Positions 18,644 through 27,099 of a stretch of 64,000 bases of DNA are shown piece after piece. The translations under genes were made by a program, and so were the position numbers. How positions within the stretch are numbered: position 1 is the stretch's first letter; each line of letters begins with the position of its first letter. This stretch comes from Desulfobulbaceae bacterium DB1. Lineage in GTDB: Bacteria > Desulfobacterota > Desulfobulbia > Desulfobulbales > SURF-16. Under the pieces are notes generated by a model, which saw nothing but the letters and a program-made list of their open reading frames with translations, did no database searches and was not told where the DNA came from. The stretch spans positions 448,225 through 512,224 of the forward strand of contig MQUF01000003.1 in assembly GCA_001914235.1 (NCBI GenBank), written 5' to 3'.

Positions 18644-21100
18644 CTAAAAACGAATGATCGCCCCGGCCCCCCAGCCGAAATCGGAATGCCATTGGCCGAT
18701 CAGGGAAAAACTTTTCGACAGCATGTACGTGAGGCCCGCCTTGCCTTCCCATTGTGCGGCATGGGTATCATATTCGGCTTCACCGATCAGGGCCAGGCGC
18801 GGGGTCAGGGCGAATTCCTTGTCAAAGGAAAAACGACCGCCGCCGTCGCTGTCCAGCCAATAGCGGGACTCAATCAGCAGCGGCAGCAGCCAGGTGACAC
18901 CCACAACTCCACGGGAATGTTCCGTATCGCTGCCCTGCCCCAGCATATCGAACCCGGCAAACACGGTGAAAAAACGATTGATATACCTGTCCCAGGACAG
19001 AAATCCTTCCCACTCATTTTTATCGACACGCTGCCAGCCCGACTCCCATTCCGCTGAAAGGGTGTTGCGGGTGCCGGCAGCCGTTAAAAAAACCTCGGCC
19101 ATGTTGCTTGTCAACGCAGCCTCGCCCCAGGAGTGCCACATATCAATGTAAAGTTGCGGACGGATGGCGGCAACCTCGTCCGGCATCACAAAATTATCGT
19201 AGTGAAGCAGGCGGGCCATGCCGCTTTCCATGTGGTAAAGGAGATGGCAGTGAAAAAACCAGTCTCCGGTTTCGTTGGCGTCAAATTCGATAACCGTGGT
19301 GGACATGGGAGCGACATTGACCGTGTGTTTCAGCGGCGCATGATCGCCCTGTCCATTGACAACCCGGAAAAAATGGCCGTGCAGATGCATGGGATGATGC
19401 ATCATGGTGCGGTTGATCATAATGAAACGGACAATCTCGCCCTGGCTCACCGGAATGACGTCGGTCTCGGAAAGCGCCTGGTTGTTCATAAACCAGACAT
19501 AGCGTTCCATATCCCCGTCCAGGGTTAGCCGGATTTCCCGCACCGGCCTGTTGCCGGCAAAGGCGGTTGCGGAGACGGCCCGCAATTTTTCATAAGGCGG
19601 CCATGGACGGCTCTGATCCATGCCGTCCATGGCAAGACTGCCGGCCGAGGAAACATCGGAAGCCATCGGCCGGAAATCAGCGCCGTATTTTTTGCCGTTC
19701 CGTTCACCCCGGTCTCTTGTCCTTTGCTGTTGCGGCGCCATGTCCCCCATGTCATGACCGGCGTGGCTGACAACAGGTTGCGCCGCTTCACCTTCCCCCC
19801 TGCTTTCCGTGGTCGGGGCGGCATGACTCTCCATACCATGCCCCGTATGCGGGGAACCCGCGCCATGATCCATGCCGGGCATAACCGGTTTCTCCATCAT
19901 CTCCATCCGGTCCATGCCATGCCCCACATGACCCATGTCACCCATGTCATCCATGCCGCCCATTGCCGTCATGCCGGGTTTGTCGAACATGCCGGCGGAG
20001 ACCGCATCATCATCCATGCCCATTGAGGCCGCCGGGTTCAAAGCGAACAGGGTGCCCAGGCTGAGATCGCCCATGGCATGATAGAGATTCGGTTTCGGCA
20101 CATCGGGCGCGGGACGGGAATCACCAGTGCCGAGCCACACCGAGGTGAAACCCGACCCATCGTGGGCGGTTGCCCGCAATTCGCAAGCGCCTTTTTGCGG
20201 AACCGTGATGAGCACGTCATAGGTCTCCGCAACGCCGATGAGCAAACGTTCCGTTTCCACCGGTTCCACATCGATACCGTCGGCCGCGATGATCCGCATG
20301 GGGCCGCCGGCGAATTCAAGGTGAAAAAAGGTGGTGGAGGAGCCATCAATGATTCGCAACCGGATTGTTTCTCCCGGTTGGGCGTCAAGATGCATTTCCG
20401 TGCTGCCGTTGGCAAGAAAACGGTCATAGGCGACATCGGCGATGTCCATGGCCGGCATGCGCCCCAGCTCGCGCTTGAAATAATCGGCAAGCATGCCGAG
20501 ACGAATGGCGCCGACTATACTTTGCGCGCTGCCCTTTTCAACGGCAAACCACTCGCTGCCGCGTTTCAGGGTGCGGATAATCTGGTGCGGGTCTTCATCG
20601 GCCCAGTCGGAAAGCAGGATCACATAATCACGGTCAGCCGGGAAACGGGGAACAGTGGGCTCGATGACAATGGCGCCGTACACGCCGCGTTGCTCCTGCA
20701 GACCGGTATGGGAGTGATACCAGTAGGTTCCGCTCTGCCGAATGGGAAACTCATAGGTAAAAGTAGTACCCGGGGCGATTGGCGGAAAGCTGACATACGG
20801 AACCCCGTCCATGCCGGGGGGCACCAGGATGCCGTGCCAATGAAGAGAGGTTTCGACAGCCATTCTGTTGCTGACGTGAATACGGGCGAGATCCCCCTCC
20901 CGGAACCGTAATACCGGACCGGGAATGGAGCCGTTGATGGTCATCGCCGTGGTCGGCGTGCCGGTGATATCGACAGCCTGAGAGGCAATTTCAAGGTGGT
21001 ACTGACTGGTTTTCGCATGCACCGTTGCCAGACCGAGCAGGACCATGATGACGGTGATCACGGGTTGCCATAAAAAGAATATGCGTTTTTCCCGGGGCAT
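18644..21100 (-). CDS. Multicopper oxidase (CopA-like) fused to a C-terminal CopB-like outer-membrane domain
   Basis: Cu-site motifs HWHG, YWYHSH, HPMHLHGH and HCHLLYHMESGM, plus a Met/His-rich linker. The last ~190 aa resemble the CopB barrel (..GVVGVTWLLPLLIESRYWLDSDGGGRFSFDKEFALTPRLALIGEAEYD..) and end in a terminal Phe. The start is set to ATG 21100, after AAAAAGGAGA. Confidence 0.85.
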   Translation of the reverse strand: MPREKRIFFLWQPVITVIMVLLGLATVHAKTSQYHLEIASQAVDITGTPTTAMTINGSIPGPVLRFREGDLARIHVSNRMAVETSLHWHGILVPPGMDGVPYVSFPPIAPGTTFTYEFPIRQSGTYWYHSHTGLQEQRGVYGAIVIEPTVPRFPADRDYVILLSDWADEDPHQIIRTLKRGSEWFAVEKGSAQSIVGAIRLGMLADYFKRELGRMPAMDIADVAYDRFLANGSTEMHLDAQPGETIRLRIIDGSSTTFFHLEFAGGPMRIIAADGIDVEPVETERLLIGVAETYDVLITVPQKGACELRATAHDGSGFTSVWLGTGDSRPAPDVPKPNLYHAMGDLSLGTLFALNPAASMGMDDDAVSAGMFDKPGMTAMGGMDDMGDMGHVGHGMDRMEMMEKPVMPGMDHGAGSPHTGHGMESHAAPTTESRGEGEAAQPVVSHAGHDMGDMAPQQQRTRDRGERNGKKYGADFRPMASDVSSAGSLAMDGMDQSRPWPPYEKLRAVSATAFAGNRPVREIRLTLDGDMERYVWFMNNQALSETDVIPVSQGEIVRFIMINRTMMHHPMHLHGHFFRVVNGQGDHAPLKHTVNVAPMSTTVIEFDANETGDWFFHCHLLYHMESGMARLLHYDNFVMPDEVAAIRPQLYIDMWHSWGEAALTSNMAEVFLTAAGTRNTLSAEWESGWQRVDKNEWEGFLSWDRYINRFFTVFAGFDMLGQGSDTEHSRGVVGVTWLLPLLIESRYWLDSDGGGRFSFDKEFALTPRLALIGEAEYDTHAAQWEGKAGLTYMLSKSFSLIGQWHSDFGWGAGAIIRF

Positions 21101-21174
21101 TGGCGTCTCCTTTTTTGCCGGTCGCGCTTCCACAGACATGATGAATCAATCCTACATATTCACCGGGCAAAAAG

Positions 21175-21804
21175 TCAAAAAAATTCCCGGCCGGATTTCC
21201 CATGGGCATCAAAACGCTCCATGGACTGCCCTCGGGCAATGATACTTTCCAGCTCGGAAACCTTTTTCGCGCAGATACCGACAATGTCCGCCATCATTTC
21301 GGAAACCTGATCATCCTCGCCCAGAAGAGTTTGCGCTTTGCGCAGCAAGTTTTCCCCTTGGGCCAGGTAGCTCTCCATATCTTTATGCAACAAGGCCCGG
21401 TTCTTCTGCTTCTGCTGCTCCGCATCTATCACCGGCAGCAGCCGCTGAATGGAAACCTCCACCAGCACATCCCGCGGAATGTTCCGTTGCCGGGCAACCA
21501 GGTCCAGCACCTCCAGGGAGCGCCTGCTGAGCACAAAGGTCTTCTGCCGCCGCTCCCCGTTTTCCGGGCTGTACTCATGGGCCTTTTTCGCAACTTTATC
21601 AAGCACGCTCACATCCTCGACAAGCTGATCGAACAGGGATTTCTGCTTGAGATTAAGATGCGCGGCAACGATGCCCAGAAGGTCAATGATATGGATCGGC
21701 AACCTGAAGGTGGCCCGCACCGACTGCTTTCCCTTGAGCCCTTCCGCGGAAATAAACAATCCCGCATATTCGGAAGAATTTTCCCCGTCTTTTGTTTTTC
21801 CCAT
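21175..21804 (-). CDS. Hypothetical protein, predicted helical/coiled
   Basis: GAGGGAGG precedes ATG 21804. Length is 209 aa. No family recognised. It lies 74 nt upstream of the oxidase gene on the same strand. Confidence 0.55.
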   Translation of the reverse strand: MGKTKDGENSSEYAGLFISAEGLKGKQSVRATFRLPIHIIDLLGIVAAHLNLKQKSLFDQLVEDVSVLDKVAKKAHEYSPENGERRQKTFVLSRRSLEVLDLVARQRNIPRDVLVEVSIQRLLPVIDAEQQKQKNRALLHKDMESYLAQGENLLRKAQTLLGEDDQVSEMMADIVGICAKKVSELESIIARGQSMERFDAHGKSGREFF

Positions 21805-22000
21805 AATGACCTCCCTCACAGGACCAGTTATCTTATATTACTATATTTATTTTTACATAAAAAGTAATTAATGAGAAAAAATCATAAAAAATAAATATGC
21901 GACATTGACAACACTCTTGATGTAATTATTTTTTTATCAAAGAAAAGCGCAGCAAAAAAAGTCTGATCCCAAAAATGAAAATAAAAAAAGGAGGTACACT

Positions 22001-22447
22001 ATGTGGACACGGTGGAATGACATTGATCGCATGTTTACTGCCATGGATCTGCTGCAATCCAGAATGAACCGGATTTTCCCTGATTACGACAGATTCCGGG
22101 TAATGCCGGCCGGCTGGGGCGTGACGGAAAGCGGACCCAGGACAAATCTCTACGATGCCGGTGACCATTTTGAAGTCAAGGTCGAAGTTGCGGGTCTTGC
22201 CAAAGAGGACCTCAACATCAAGATTCAGGGCAACTATCTTGAGATAAGCGGCACCAGAAAAGCGGATGCGCCGGAAGGATACACCGCCCACCGGGTGGAA
22301 CGTGGCACCACGTCCTTCACCCGCAGTTTCACCCTGCCTGCGGATGTCAATGCGGACAAGGTGAAGGCAACGCTGCTGAATGGACTGCTGACTCTGGCAT
22401 TACCGAAATCAGAGGCGGCAAAACCGAAACAGATCACCGTCAACTGA
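22001..22447 (+). CDS. Hsp20/alpha-crystallin small heat-shock protein
   Basis: AGGAGG RBS. Alpha-crystallin domain (FEVKVEVAGLAKEDLNIKIQGNYLEISG..FTRSFTLP..GLLTLALPK). Confidence 0.9.
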   Translation: MWTRWNDIDRMFTAMDLLQSRMNRIFPDYDRFRVMPAGWGVTESGPRTNLYDAGDHFEVKVEVAGLAKEDLNIKIQGNYLEISGTRKADAPEGYTAHRVERGTTSFTRSFTLPADVNADKVKATLLNGLLTLALPKSEAAKPKQITVN

Positions 22448-22477
22448 TATCCCGGACGAAACAAAAGGAGAATTGCC

Positions 22478-22864
22478 ATGACCGATAGAAACGATATTGT
22501 GAAAAGAGAAGAAACCATGCCGGAAAGAAGCCGTGAGTTGCCGGCAGTTGTGCCTCTTGTCGACATATATGAAAATGAGGATGAAATTCTGCTTTACGCC
22601 GATATGCCGGGCGTGGAAAAAAACAACATCACCATCAATATAGAAAACGGCAAACTCGCCCTCTCCGCCATCCGCAAAATTACGGCAAGCGGCGCTGCGG
22701 GCTGGGAGGAGTTCAGCGACGTGGAGTATCAACGAACCTTTTCCGTGCCCCAGGCCATTGATGTCGGCAAAGTCAATGCGGAATTAAAAGACGGCGTCCT
22801 GCGTCTCCACCTGCCGAAATCAGAGGCGGCAAAACCGCGGCAGATCGAAATAAAAGCCGGCTGA
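22478..22864 (+). CDS. Hsp20/alpha-crystallin small heat-shock protein (second paralogue)
   Basis: ILLYADMPGVEKNNITINIENGKLAL..YQRTFSVP..GVLRLHLPKSEAAKPRQIEI. Confidence 0.9.
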   Translation: MTDRNDIVKREETMPERSRELPAVVPLVDIYENEDEILLYADMPGVEKNNITINIENGKLALSAIRKITASGAAGWEEFSDVEYQRTFSVPQAIDVGKVNAELKDGVLRLHLPKSEAAKPRQIEIKAG

Positions 22865-22936
22865 TACAGCTGCACTTGCGGCAGGAAAACAAAAACACAA
22901 CCTGACTTCCGCTAAAAACGGGGCAGGCGTACTGAA

Positions 22937-22972
22937 AACGGGAAATCATCAGGGCATGGTTTCCCGTTTTTT
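22937..22972 (+). terminator. Intrinsic terminator after the hsp20 pair
   Basis: AACGGGAAA / TTTCCCGTT stem followed by a T-run. Confidence 0.7.
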
Positions 22973-23106
22973 ATTGCGGGCAAACCGCAAGCAGACAAGA
23001 CGATGTGACACGAGACCGTTGATATTTTGTCAAAATAGTGTTGTTATGATAATGGAAATCACGACAATTTTCTTCCCTTGCAGCAAGAAGCTTTTTTTAC
23101 GGAATC

Positions 23107-23835
23107 ATGCGACTGGCCATTATTTCCGACATCCACGGCAATTACCGGGCCCTGCAGGCTGTCTTGCGGGATATCGACGCCATCGGCGTGGATGATATCA
23201 TCTCGCTGGGTGACAATATCGGCTATGGACCGGAACCGGAAGAGGTGGTGCAGACCCTGCTGCAACGAAAAATCGATTCGGTCATGGGCAATCACGAGCT
23301 CGGCCTGGCCAGCGCCAGCGCCTTGCAACGACTCAATGCGAGTCCACGCCTTTCCCTTGAACTCACCCGGCAACTGATGACAAAAGAGTCCCTGCAATTC
23401 TCCATATCCCTGCCGCCCTTTCTGGTCCGCCACAAGACCCGTTTTGTCCACGGCTGCCCACCCGCATCAATTACCGCCTATCTCTGGAACCCCACCGAAA
23501 CGCGACTGTCGCGGCTCTTTGCCGGTTATGCCGAAACCATCTGTTTTTTCGGCCATACCCACAATCTCTCCCGCTTTCAAAGGCGAGCGGAACGCTGCTT
23601 CACGGAAAACGCCGGCCTGGGGGAATTTGCATTGCTGCCGGATGCCCGATACATCATCAACCCCGGCAGCGTCGGGCAACCCAGGGATACAATCAACAAC
23701 AAGGCCAAATACGGCATCTGGCATATGGATACGATGCTTTTTGAACAGCGGGCCGTGAGCTATGATGTGCAAGCCACGGTTGCCCTGCTCGCGGAACGCG
23801 AATTCCCCTCATCGAACGCGATCAGGCTTCTTTGA
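23107..23835 (+). CDS. Metallophosphoesterase with PPP-like motifs (possible Ser/Thr phosphatase partner)
   Basis: Motifs ISDIHGN (DxHG), SLGDNIGYG (GDxx..G), MGNHE (GNHE) and GHTH. Confidence 0.85.
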   Translation: MRLAIISDIHGNYRALQAVLRDIDAIGVDDIISLGDNIGYGPEPEEVVQTLLQRKIDSVMGNHELGLASASALQRLNASPRLSLELTRQLMTKESLQFSISLPPFLVRHKTRFVHGCPPASITAYLWNPTETRLSRLFAGYAETICFFGHTHNLSRFQRRAERCFTENAGLGEFALLPDARYIINPGSVGQPRDTINNKAKYGIWHMDTMLFEQRAVSYDVQATVALLAEREFPSSNAIRLL

Positions 23836-23848
23836 GCGAAATCAGGTC

Positions 23849-25172
23849 ATGGAAAAAATAGGTCGCTATCACATTCTACGCAAGCTCGGCAGAGGAGGAA
23901 TGGGCTCGGTCTACAAGGCCGTCGTACCGGTCATCAACAAGGTGGTGGCGATAAAAGTCCTGGACCCCTTTGAAACGCTCGTCGCCCTCCTTGGAAATGA
24001 AAGGTTGCGGGAAATTTTCACATTCGAGGCGGTGACGATGGCCGGCCTCCACCATCCCGGGGTGGTCGATGTCTGGGACTTTGGAGAAGACGAACAGGGA
24101 CGGCCTTATTTTGTCATGGAGTTCTTCTGCAATAACCTGGGCAATATGACGGGCGAGAGCTTCCAGATGGAAAAGGCCTGCCGCCGCATCAACCCGGACA
24201 AGGTCCTCAGCTATGGCAGGCAGATTCTCGATGGTCTTGCCTGCCTGCACCACAACCAGATTATCCACCGGGATATCAAGCCGTTCAACATCCTGATAAC
24301 AGATGAAGACCGGGCCAAGATCTGCGATTTCGGCATGGCGCTTTCAAAAGGATTTTCTTTTTCCGAACCAAAAAAAAATGCAGATCGGGTCACCTTACTA
24401 TGCAGCCCCCGAACAGGCGAGTCATCCGGACAGGGTTGACGGCCGGGCCGACCTCTATTCAGCCGGGGTGCTGCTTTACCGCATGCTGACCGGAGAACTG
24501 CCGAGCATGCGCAGTTTTTCCCTGAGCCGGGTGAATCCCCTCTATGATAATGCCTGGGACGATTTTTTTTCAAGGTCGCTGAGCCTCCATCCCGACAATC
24601 GTTTCCAGACGGCTGACGACATGGCGGAGGGTTTGAATCGACTCCATGTCCACTGGCAGACCGTCACCAGGCAGCAGACGTTGCAAAACCCAAAAAAGAA
24701 AAACGAGAAAAGGATCATCCTGCGCAAGGAGCCGAAAAACGTCTGCGGGAAAAAGGCCCGGATCCTTTTCGGCCTGAACGAAATGCACCGCCCTGACAAC
24801 GCCGTTCCAAACCACTTCATCAATGCGGAAAAAGACATCATCCTTGACGAGGCAACCGGGCTTTTCTGGCAGCATGACTGCAACCAATACAGCCTGTCCT
24901 GGCAGGCAGCCGTGGACTATGTCGCAACCCTCAACAGTCAAGCGTTTGCCGGCAAAAACAACTGGCGGCTGCCCACGGTAAACGAACTCGTCTCATTATT
25001 GCGCGAAGAGGCCTGGCAATCCGCAACAACCCCCTTTGCCGATCGGGGAAAATGGTTGTGGAGCTGCGATCGCCATGGCGAAAGAGATGCCTGGTATGTC
25101 AACATGGATATGGGTTTTGCCGACTGGCAGGATATCACCTGCCGCAACTTTGCCCGGGCGGTCTCCGGCTAA
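23849..25172 (+). pseudogene. Ser/Thr protein kinase with C-terminal DUF1566-like domain, reading frame broken in an A9 run
   Basis: The first frame carries GRGGMGSVYKA, VAIKVL, HRDIKPFN and DFG. The next frame carries SPYYAAPEQ and the rest of the kinase. The DUF1566-like end is NNWRLPTVNELVSL..WSCD. The switch occurs at A9 (24370-24378); A8 would give one continuous frame. Confidence 0.8.
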
Positions 25173-25911
25173 CCCCCATCCCCGTGGACGGGAACAACGA
25201 AGCATGAAACTTTAAAAGAAATAGGCCATAGTTATCTTCTTAATTTTTCTCGACAAAAAAAGAAGGAGGATAACCATGTGATCAACGGCAATTATTTTCC
25301 CCGTTCCCGCGACAATTAAAATTCCAAAAATCGGATTTAAGCTGCCCACTGTGACCGAATAAGGACAAATCAGGTGAAGCTATTATTTTTTTGTGCTATT
25401 ATAAAAATTGTTCACTATCTTCACCAGCTTCGTCTTTTAGAGGGGGTTTTCTCAGAAACACTCACAGATGTCGAATCCGCGTTTTTCATCACTTTGTGAG
25501 TTTCCGCCCTTCATGAGGATATACCCCGATTTATCCGAATCTTCCGACGGTCGCTTAACCGCGAACTGATCTCTTTATATACCCCGAGGGAATTTCTTTG
25601 GGGAAATTTATCATTCAAAGTGCATCTCCGCACCGGCACTTTCTCGCTTACAGGACTGGAGCAATTTTCATTTCCGGCTGCAACCCTGCGAAAGCAATGT
25701 ACTCCACGGTTTCCGGAAGACGGATTACTCTTCCTTGACGTTTGTTGTCCCGCAAATCTTCGCCAGGCGATGGCTCTTTAGTCGCATCACGGATTTCGGC
25801 GCGTCAAGAGTCATGGCAGAACAGTTTTCATCCGGGCATCACCAATCAGACTCGACGCCGAGGTCCGGCCGCCGGCCTGAAGAACATTCATCTCTTATGA
25901 GGAGCAAAACC

Positions 25912-26040
25912 ATGAGTAAAGAACAAAAAAACATAAAGGCGGATAAAAAAAAACCGGCTATGAGTCCAAAAGAAAAGAAAGCTGCGAAGAAATCCAAGAA
26001 GGAATCGAAGAAGCTTTTTGCCTTTGACAAGACGAGCTGA
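25912..26040 (+). CDS. Hypothetical 42-aa Lys-rich small protein
   Basis: AGGAG lies 7 nt upstream of the ATG. Sequence is MSKEQKNIKADKKKPAMSPKEKKAAKKSKKESKKLFAFDKTS. Only context and RBS support it. Confidence 0.4.
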   Translation: MSKEQKNIKADKKKPAMSPKEKKAAKKSKKESKKLFAFDKTS

Positions 26041-26186
26041 ATTTGACTCACTCCGGGACTCTGCCTTTTTTTACCCTGATGACCATCAATACCCGCCGAA
26101 ACAGCTCATCAGGGTAAAATTATGCCCGACAGAGAATTGACTGATGGCGCTGAAAGCGGGCGGTATAAATTCCCCGAGTCTCACAG

Positions 26187-26498
26187 GTGAGCCGTTCCGC
26201 CGACTTCCTCGGATTTAAGCCGGGAGTATGTCATCGTCATAAAAAAATTGGATTTTCAGAACGCACACGGAATGTGCTGCGTAACGACCGGGATACCGAG
26301 CTCCTGCGTTCGGAACTGTTCAGCATCGAACAGCTGAAGCGTCACGCGGTAACCTTGGCCGGCCGGCATAGAATCAACCCACGTTCAGGTCCGGACAGGT
26401 TGCAGCCACGCCTGGCGGACAATCCGCGCGTCCTGCTGACAGCCTATGAAATTGTGACAGCTGCCGCAGCCACGCCGGACCGCCCCGCAGATCGATAG
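26187..26498 (+). pseudogene. N-terminal relic of a cyclic beta-1,2-glucan synthase / GH94-type giant protein
   Basis: LRSELFSIEQLKRHAVTLAGRH..GPDRLQPRLADNPRVLLTAYEIV resembles, from memory, the conserved N-terminal segment of NdvB-like proteins. The ORF stops after about 100 aa and abuts the next gene. Confidence 0.45.
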
Positions 26499-26505
26499 AA
26501 ACGGT

Positions 26506-26853
26506 TCATTTATCAAAACAACCGGCAAGCAATTTACTAAAAACAATGTTTGAGTCCTCGAGAATATGGGAGTGAAGTTTTTTGAACTGCTCCATCAATT
26601 CTTGGGCAAAAGGCGTCAACCGTGACCCTTTTCCTTCCCGCACCACCAAGGTTTTTCCCAATCTCTCCTCCGAGGCCTTGATGCGGCCCCAAAGGGCCCG
26701 GTAGCCCATCTTCAGCTCCTTGGCCGCCGCCTGCAGTGATGAATGGCGGGCCACCGCATCGAGAATCCGGTAACGCCCAAGTCCAAATACCACCTTCCCT
26801 TTTTCATCCTCGATCCAGATTTTTGACCGTATGATAAACTGCTCACCTGCCAT
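26506..26853 (-). CDS. ModE N-terminal-like winged-helix regulator (LysR-type HTH, molybdate-regulator family)
   Basis: FGLGRYRILDAVARHSSLQAAAKELKMGYRALWGRIKASEERLGKTLV matches the ModE/MopA N-domain pattern. It is divergent from the formate dehydrogenase gene. Confidence 0.75.
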   Translation of the reverse strand: MAGEQFIIRSKIWIEDEKGKVVFGLGRYRILDAVARHSSLQAAAKELKMGYRALWGRIKASEERLGKTLVVREGKGSRLTPFAQELMEQFKKLHSHILEDSNIVFSKLLAGCFDK

Positions 26854-27099
26854 AAATTCCCCCACCGTTTTAATTTTTTTTCCCGCATCAGCCGTGATAT
26901 TGCACGTCCTTTTACCCTGTTTATCAATACTTTTCCAGCGGACCGTGATTTACCATAGGTACATATGCCAATATTGACATAATAAACAATGAAAGGTAAG
27001 AGTAGATCCGGGTCAGATGTCTCTGAACGACCGCACCAGCAGCAAGCGCAAGAAGAATAACCAACCAGAATCGATACAACCAAACTGAAACCGTGTGCA

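Noticed and set aside
21905-21935. Sigma70-like promoter (TTGACA-N16-TATTTT) for the hsp20 genes, and a possible sigma32 box.
   Set aside because: The -10 box is poor, several alternative registers exist in this AT-rich spacer, and no convincing CCCCAT-type sigma32 -10 is present.
25276-25281. ATG-TGA start-stop behind a very strong Shine-Dalgarno as a defined regulatory feature.
   Set aside because: It is only noted inside the finding on the decayed region. There is no downstream gene in range that it could regulate, and no conservation data.
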